Source of the DNA: an uncultured bacterium
GTDB lineage: Bacteria; Abyssobacteria; SURF-5
Length of the DNA stretch: 17,197 nt
Reading direction: 5' to 3'
Assembly: GCA_964510165.1 (NCBI GenBank)
Contig: CAZEBC010000017.1
Span: 8,180-25,376, forward strand
In this document: in pieces, positions 15,136-17,197 of the stretch
How the letters are laid out: each line of letters starts with the position of its first letter
How positions within the stretch are numbered: position 1 is the stretch's first letter
Notes under the pieces: model-generated
Database searches by the model: none
What the model was told of the DNA's origin: nothing
The model's input: the letters and a program-made list of their open reading frames with translations, nothing else
Translations under genes and position numbers: made by a program

Positions 15136-15789
15136 TTACAATGACGCCCGCGGTCTGCGTCGTCTATGCGTCTTTTTCGATTGAGCCTTTGGTCTTGGCA
15201 GGATGATCTGGCCCTCGGACGGGTTCCCCAGGGCGAGGTGTTTTCCTTTGACGCAAAGCCGGGCGACAAGCGCGCAGGTGATGGCGTCGAGTTCGTCGCG
15301 CGTGATTGACTCCTTCTCGATGTCGCCCGTTATGCCGTAACGCATCAGGGCACGCCCCAGCCCCGCCGGGTCCTTCTGGCGCGGCATTCCGAGCAGGTCC
15401 TGCGCGCCGCCGGGATAGGTCTCGACGATTTCAAACCCTCTGCGCTCGAATTCCTCCTTGAGGCGCATTCCGCGCTGGGTGAGCATGCGCATCGGCCCGA
15501 GCGTGATAGGGAAGAACTTGATTCCAAACTTTCGAAGCTCAAGGTCGCATTCGCGAAAATGGGCCTTGCCCGCACAGACGCAGTTGTTCCGCAGACAACA
15601 TCTGCGGGTGGGCAGGCTGACCGGCGCGTCAATGGCCACAAGCCCGACGCCGGCCATCGCCGCTGCGAGAATTTCCTCATCCGAATGCGCAACGCTCGTG
15701 CTCGCGCGGAGTCCTCTCAAGAGGCAGACGCCGGTCGGGCGCTTGGGCGAGCCTGCAAGGTCGATTCCGAGAACGGTCAGCGGTTTCAT
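15136..15789 (-). CDS. DUF429 domain protein (predicted RNase H-like nuclease fold)
   Basis: Start reassigned to ATG at 15789 (MKPLTVLGIDLAG) after AGAAGGA; motifs GIDLAG, VAIDAP, RECDLEL, PMRMLT, VETYPG, DELDAITCA; 217 aa. Confidence 0.85.
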   Translation of the reverse strand: MKPLTVLGIDLAGSPKRPTGVCLLRGLRASTSVAHSDEEILAAAMAGVGLVAIDAPVSLPTRRCCLRNNCVCAGKAHFRECDLELRKFGIKFFPITLGPMRMLTQRGMRLKEEFERRGFEIVETYPGGAQDLLGMPRQKDPAGLGRALMRYGITGDIEKESITRDELDAITCALVARLCVKGKHLALGNPSEGQIILPRPKAQSKKTHRRRRPRASL

Positions 15790-15832
15790 GGTCCTTCTCT
15801 CGTGTCTCTGTTTCGCAACTGTACGGGCACGC

Positions 15833-15858
15833 GGGTGGCCACACAGGGCCACCCTTAT
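15833..15858 (-). repeat. Diverged copy of the main REP family
   Basis: Minus strand reads ATAA-GGGTGGCC-CTGTGT-GGCCACCC; on the plus strand the stem is extended by CGGGCA (15824-15829) and TGCCCG (15858-15863). Confidence 0.75.
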
Positions 15859-15917
15859 GCCCGAGAACCGAACATGGGACGGTCTCTCAGGCAATTCTAT
15901 CAGAACGTCCCAAGCGA

Positions 15918-15946
15918 TTGACAGAGGGTGCGCTTTCTGGTAAACT
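15918..15946 (+). promoter_or_regulatory. Sigma70-type promoter with extended -10 for the acyl-CoA dehydrogenase
   Basis: TTGACA (15918-15923), 17 nt, TAAACT (15941-15946) preceded by TG-n; the -10 box ends 90 nt upstream of the start codon. Confidence 0.8.
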
Positions 15947-16036
15947 TTGCCTGAAACTTCCTGGCACGGGCCGCGCCACCCCGCTAAGGCCCCGACCGTT
16001 TTGAGGCCCACACGATATATTGCAAGGAGAACTACA

Positions 16037-17197
16037 GTGGAATTCGAACTGACCGAAGAACTGAGAATCTTGCAGCAGACCTCCCGCGAGTTTGCATTGA
16101 AGGAACTGGCGCCCGGCGCCATCGAACGCGACGCCAACTGCGAATATCCGATGGATATCATGAAGAAGCTCGGGCCTCTTGGGTTCATGGGAATGCAGGT
16201 GCCCGAGCAATACGGCGGCGCCGGCCTTGGGGCGCTGGCCTACTGCCTGGTCATGGAGGAAATCGCGAGGTGGGACGCCTCGGTCGCGCTCAACATGGCG
16301 GCCCAAAACTCGCTGTGCCTGGGCCATTTGATGGTCGCAGCCAATGAGACGCAAAAACGGAAATACATCGCGCCGCTCGCCCGGGGCGAAAAGCTGGGCG
16401 CGTGGGGGCTGACCGAACCGGGCGCTGGCAGCGATGCCCACTCCATGCGGTCCATTGCCCGGCTCGATGGGGACGAATGGGTCCTGAATGGCTCCAAGAT
16501 GTTCATCACCCAGGGCAACGTCGCCGATATCTGTGTCATTACCGCGAGGACGGCTGCGGGGGAAGGCAGACAGCCCATCTCCGCGTTTGTGGTCGAGACC
16601 AAGAGAGACGGCTTGCCCACTCCCGGTTATTCCTCGCGCAAGATCGCCAACAAGCTCGGGATGCACGCCAGCGACACAGCCGAAATTTCCATGGAGGACC
16701 TCCGCGTGCCGCGTGATTGCCTGCTCGGGAGGGAGGGCGAAGGTTTCAACGATGTTCTCAAAGTGCTTACCAATGGCCGTATCGGAATCGGCGCGCTTGC
16801 GGTCGGCATCGCGCGCGGCGCGCTCGAGGACAGCATTAGGTACGCCAAGGACCGCGAGCAGTTCGGCAAGCCGATCGGCCAGTTCCAGGCGATTCAATGG
16901 ATGTTGGCCGACATGGCTACGCAGATAGACGCCGCCAGGCTGCTCGTCCATCGCGCGGCGCTCTTGAAAGACCAGGGTGTTGACGTCACGAAGCAGGCGG
17001 CCGAGGCCAAGCTGTTCGCGTCAGAAGTGGCGACGCGCGCGAGCCTTGACGCCATTCAGATACACGGCGGCTACGGATACACCTCTGAATTTCACGTGGA
17101 GCGCTACCTGCGCGACGCGAAACTGCTCGAGATCGGCGAGGGCACCTCTCAGATACAGCGCATCGTTATTGCAAAGCATCTGCTGAAGGAGTTTTGA
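16037..17197 (+). CDS. Acyl-CoA dehydrogenase (short/branched-chain-like)
   Basis: GTG at 16037 after AAGGAG; GAWGLTEPGAGSDA, LNGSKMFITQG, KLGMHASDT, REQFGKPIGQFQAI, AIQIHGGYGY, EIGEGTSQIQR (catalytic Glu position); 386 aa; the stop ends at the last base of the window. Confidence 0.96.
   Translation: MEFELTEELRILQQTSREFALKELAPGAIERDANCEYPMDIMKKLGPLGFMGMQVPEQYGGAGLGALAYCLVMEEIARWDASVALNMAAQNSLCLGHLMVAANETQKRKYIAPLARGEKLGAWGLTEPGAGSDAHSMRSIARLDGDEWVLNGSKMFITQGNVADICVITARTAAGEGRQPISAFVVETKRDGLPTPGYSSRKIANKLGMHASDTAEISMEDLRVPRDCLLGREGEGFNDVLKVLTNGRIGIGALAVGIARGALEDSIRYAKDREQFGKPIGQFQAIQWMLADMATQIDAARLLVHRAALLKDQGVDVTKQAAEAKLFASEVATRASLDAIQIHGGYGYTSEFHVERYLRDAKLLEIGEGTSQIQRIVIAKHLLKEF

Noticed and set aside
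15962-15977. Sigma54-like TGGCACG-N4-GCGC
   Set aside because: The -12 element lacks TTGC, and a much better sigma70 promoter lies just upstream.
15790-16188. 133-aa N-terminal extension of the DUF429 ORF
   Set aside because: Runs through a REP, the promoter and the start of the divergent gene; family-like sequence begins at the ATG at 15789, which has an RBS.
15887-16951. 354-aa ORF on the minus strand
   Set aside because: Typical antisense shadow of an acyl-CoA dehydrogenase gene.

Overview
GC-rich bacterial chromosomal segment, densely coding and mostly on the + strand. In order: a 5'-truncated hydantoinase A/oxoprolinase alpha subunit; an HD-domain hydrolase; the hydantoinase B/beta subunit; an unusual 823-aa single-pass membrane protein (signal peptide, vWA-like, FecR-like, Ig-like, TM helix, FHA-like, two DUF6982/Sm-like repeats); a Gfo/Idh/MocA oxidoreductase with a frameshift near 7470; galK; a DUF4292/LolA-like lipoprotein; a second Gfo/Idh/MocA oxidoreductase; a xylose-isomerase-like TIM-barrel protein; a DUF3786 protein; aroE; aroK. 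On the - strand follow a secreted dienelactone hydrolase and a DUF429 protein, then a divergent acyl-CoA dehydrogenase with a near-consensus sigma70 promoter. Five intergenic spacers hold GTAG-tagged REP-like palindromes of several sequence types, including a nested inverted doublet and copies with compensatory stem changes, and one also holds a potential intrastrand triplex motif. No transposase, integrase, RNA gene or CRISPR array was seen. Family assignments come from motif recognition by eye, not database searches. Most interesting: the vWA-FecR-TM-FHA-DUF6982 protein with degenerate ligand motifs, the REP/triplex elements, and a possible 3-keto-glycoside catabolic module linked to GalK.
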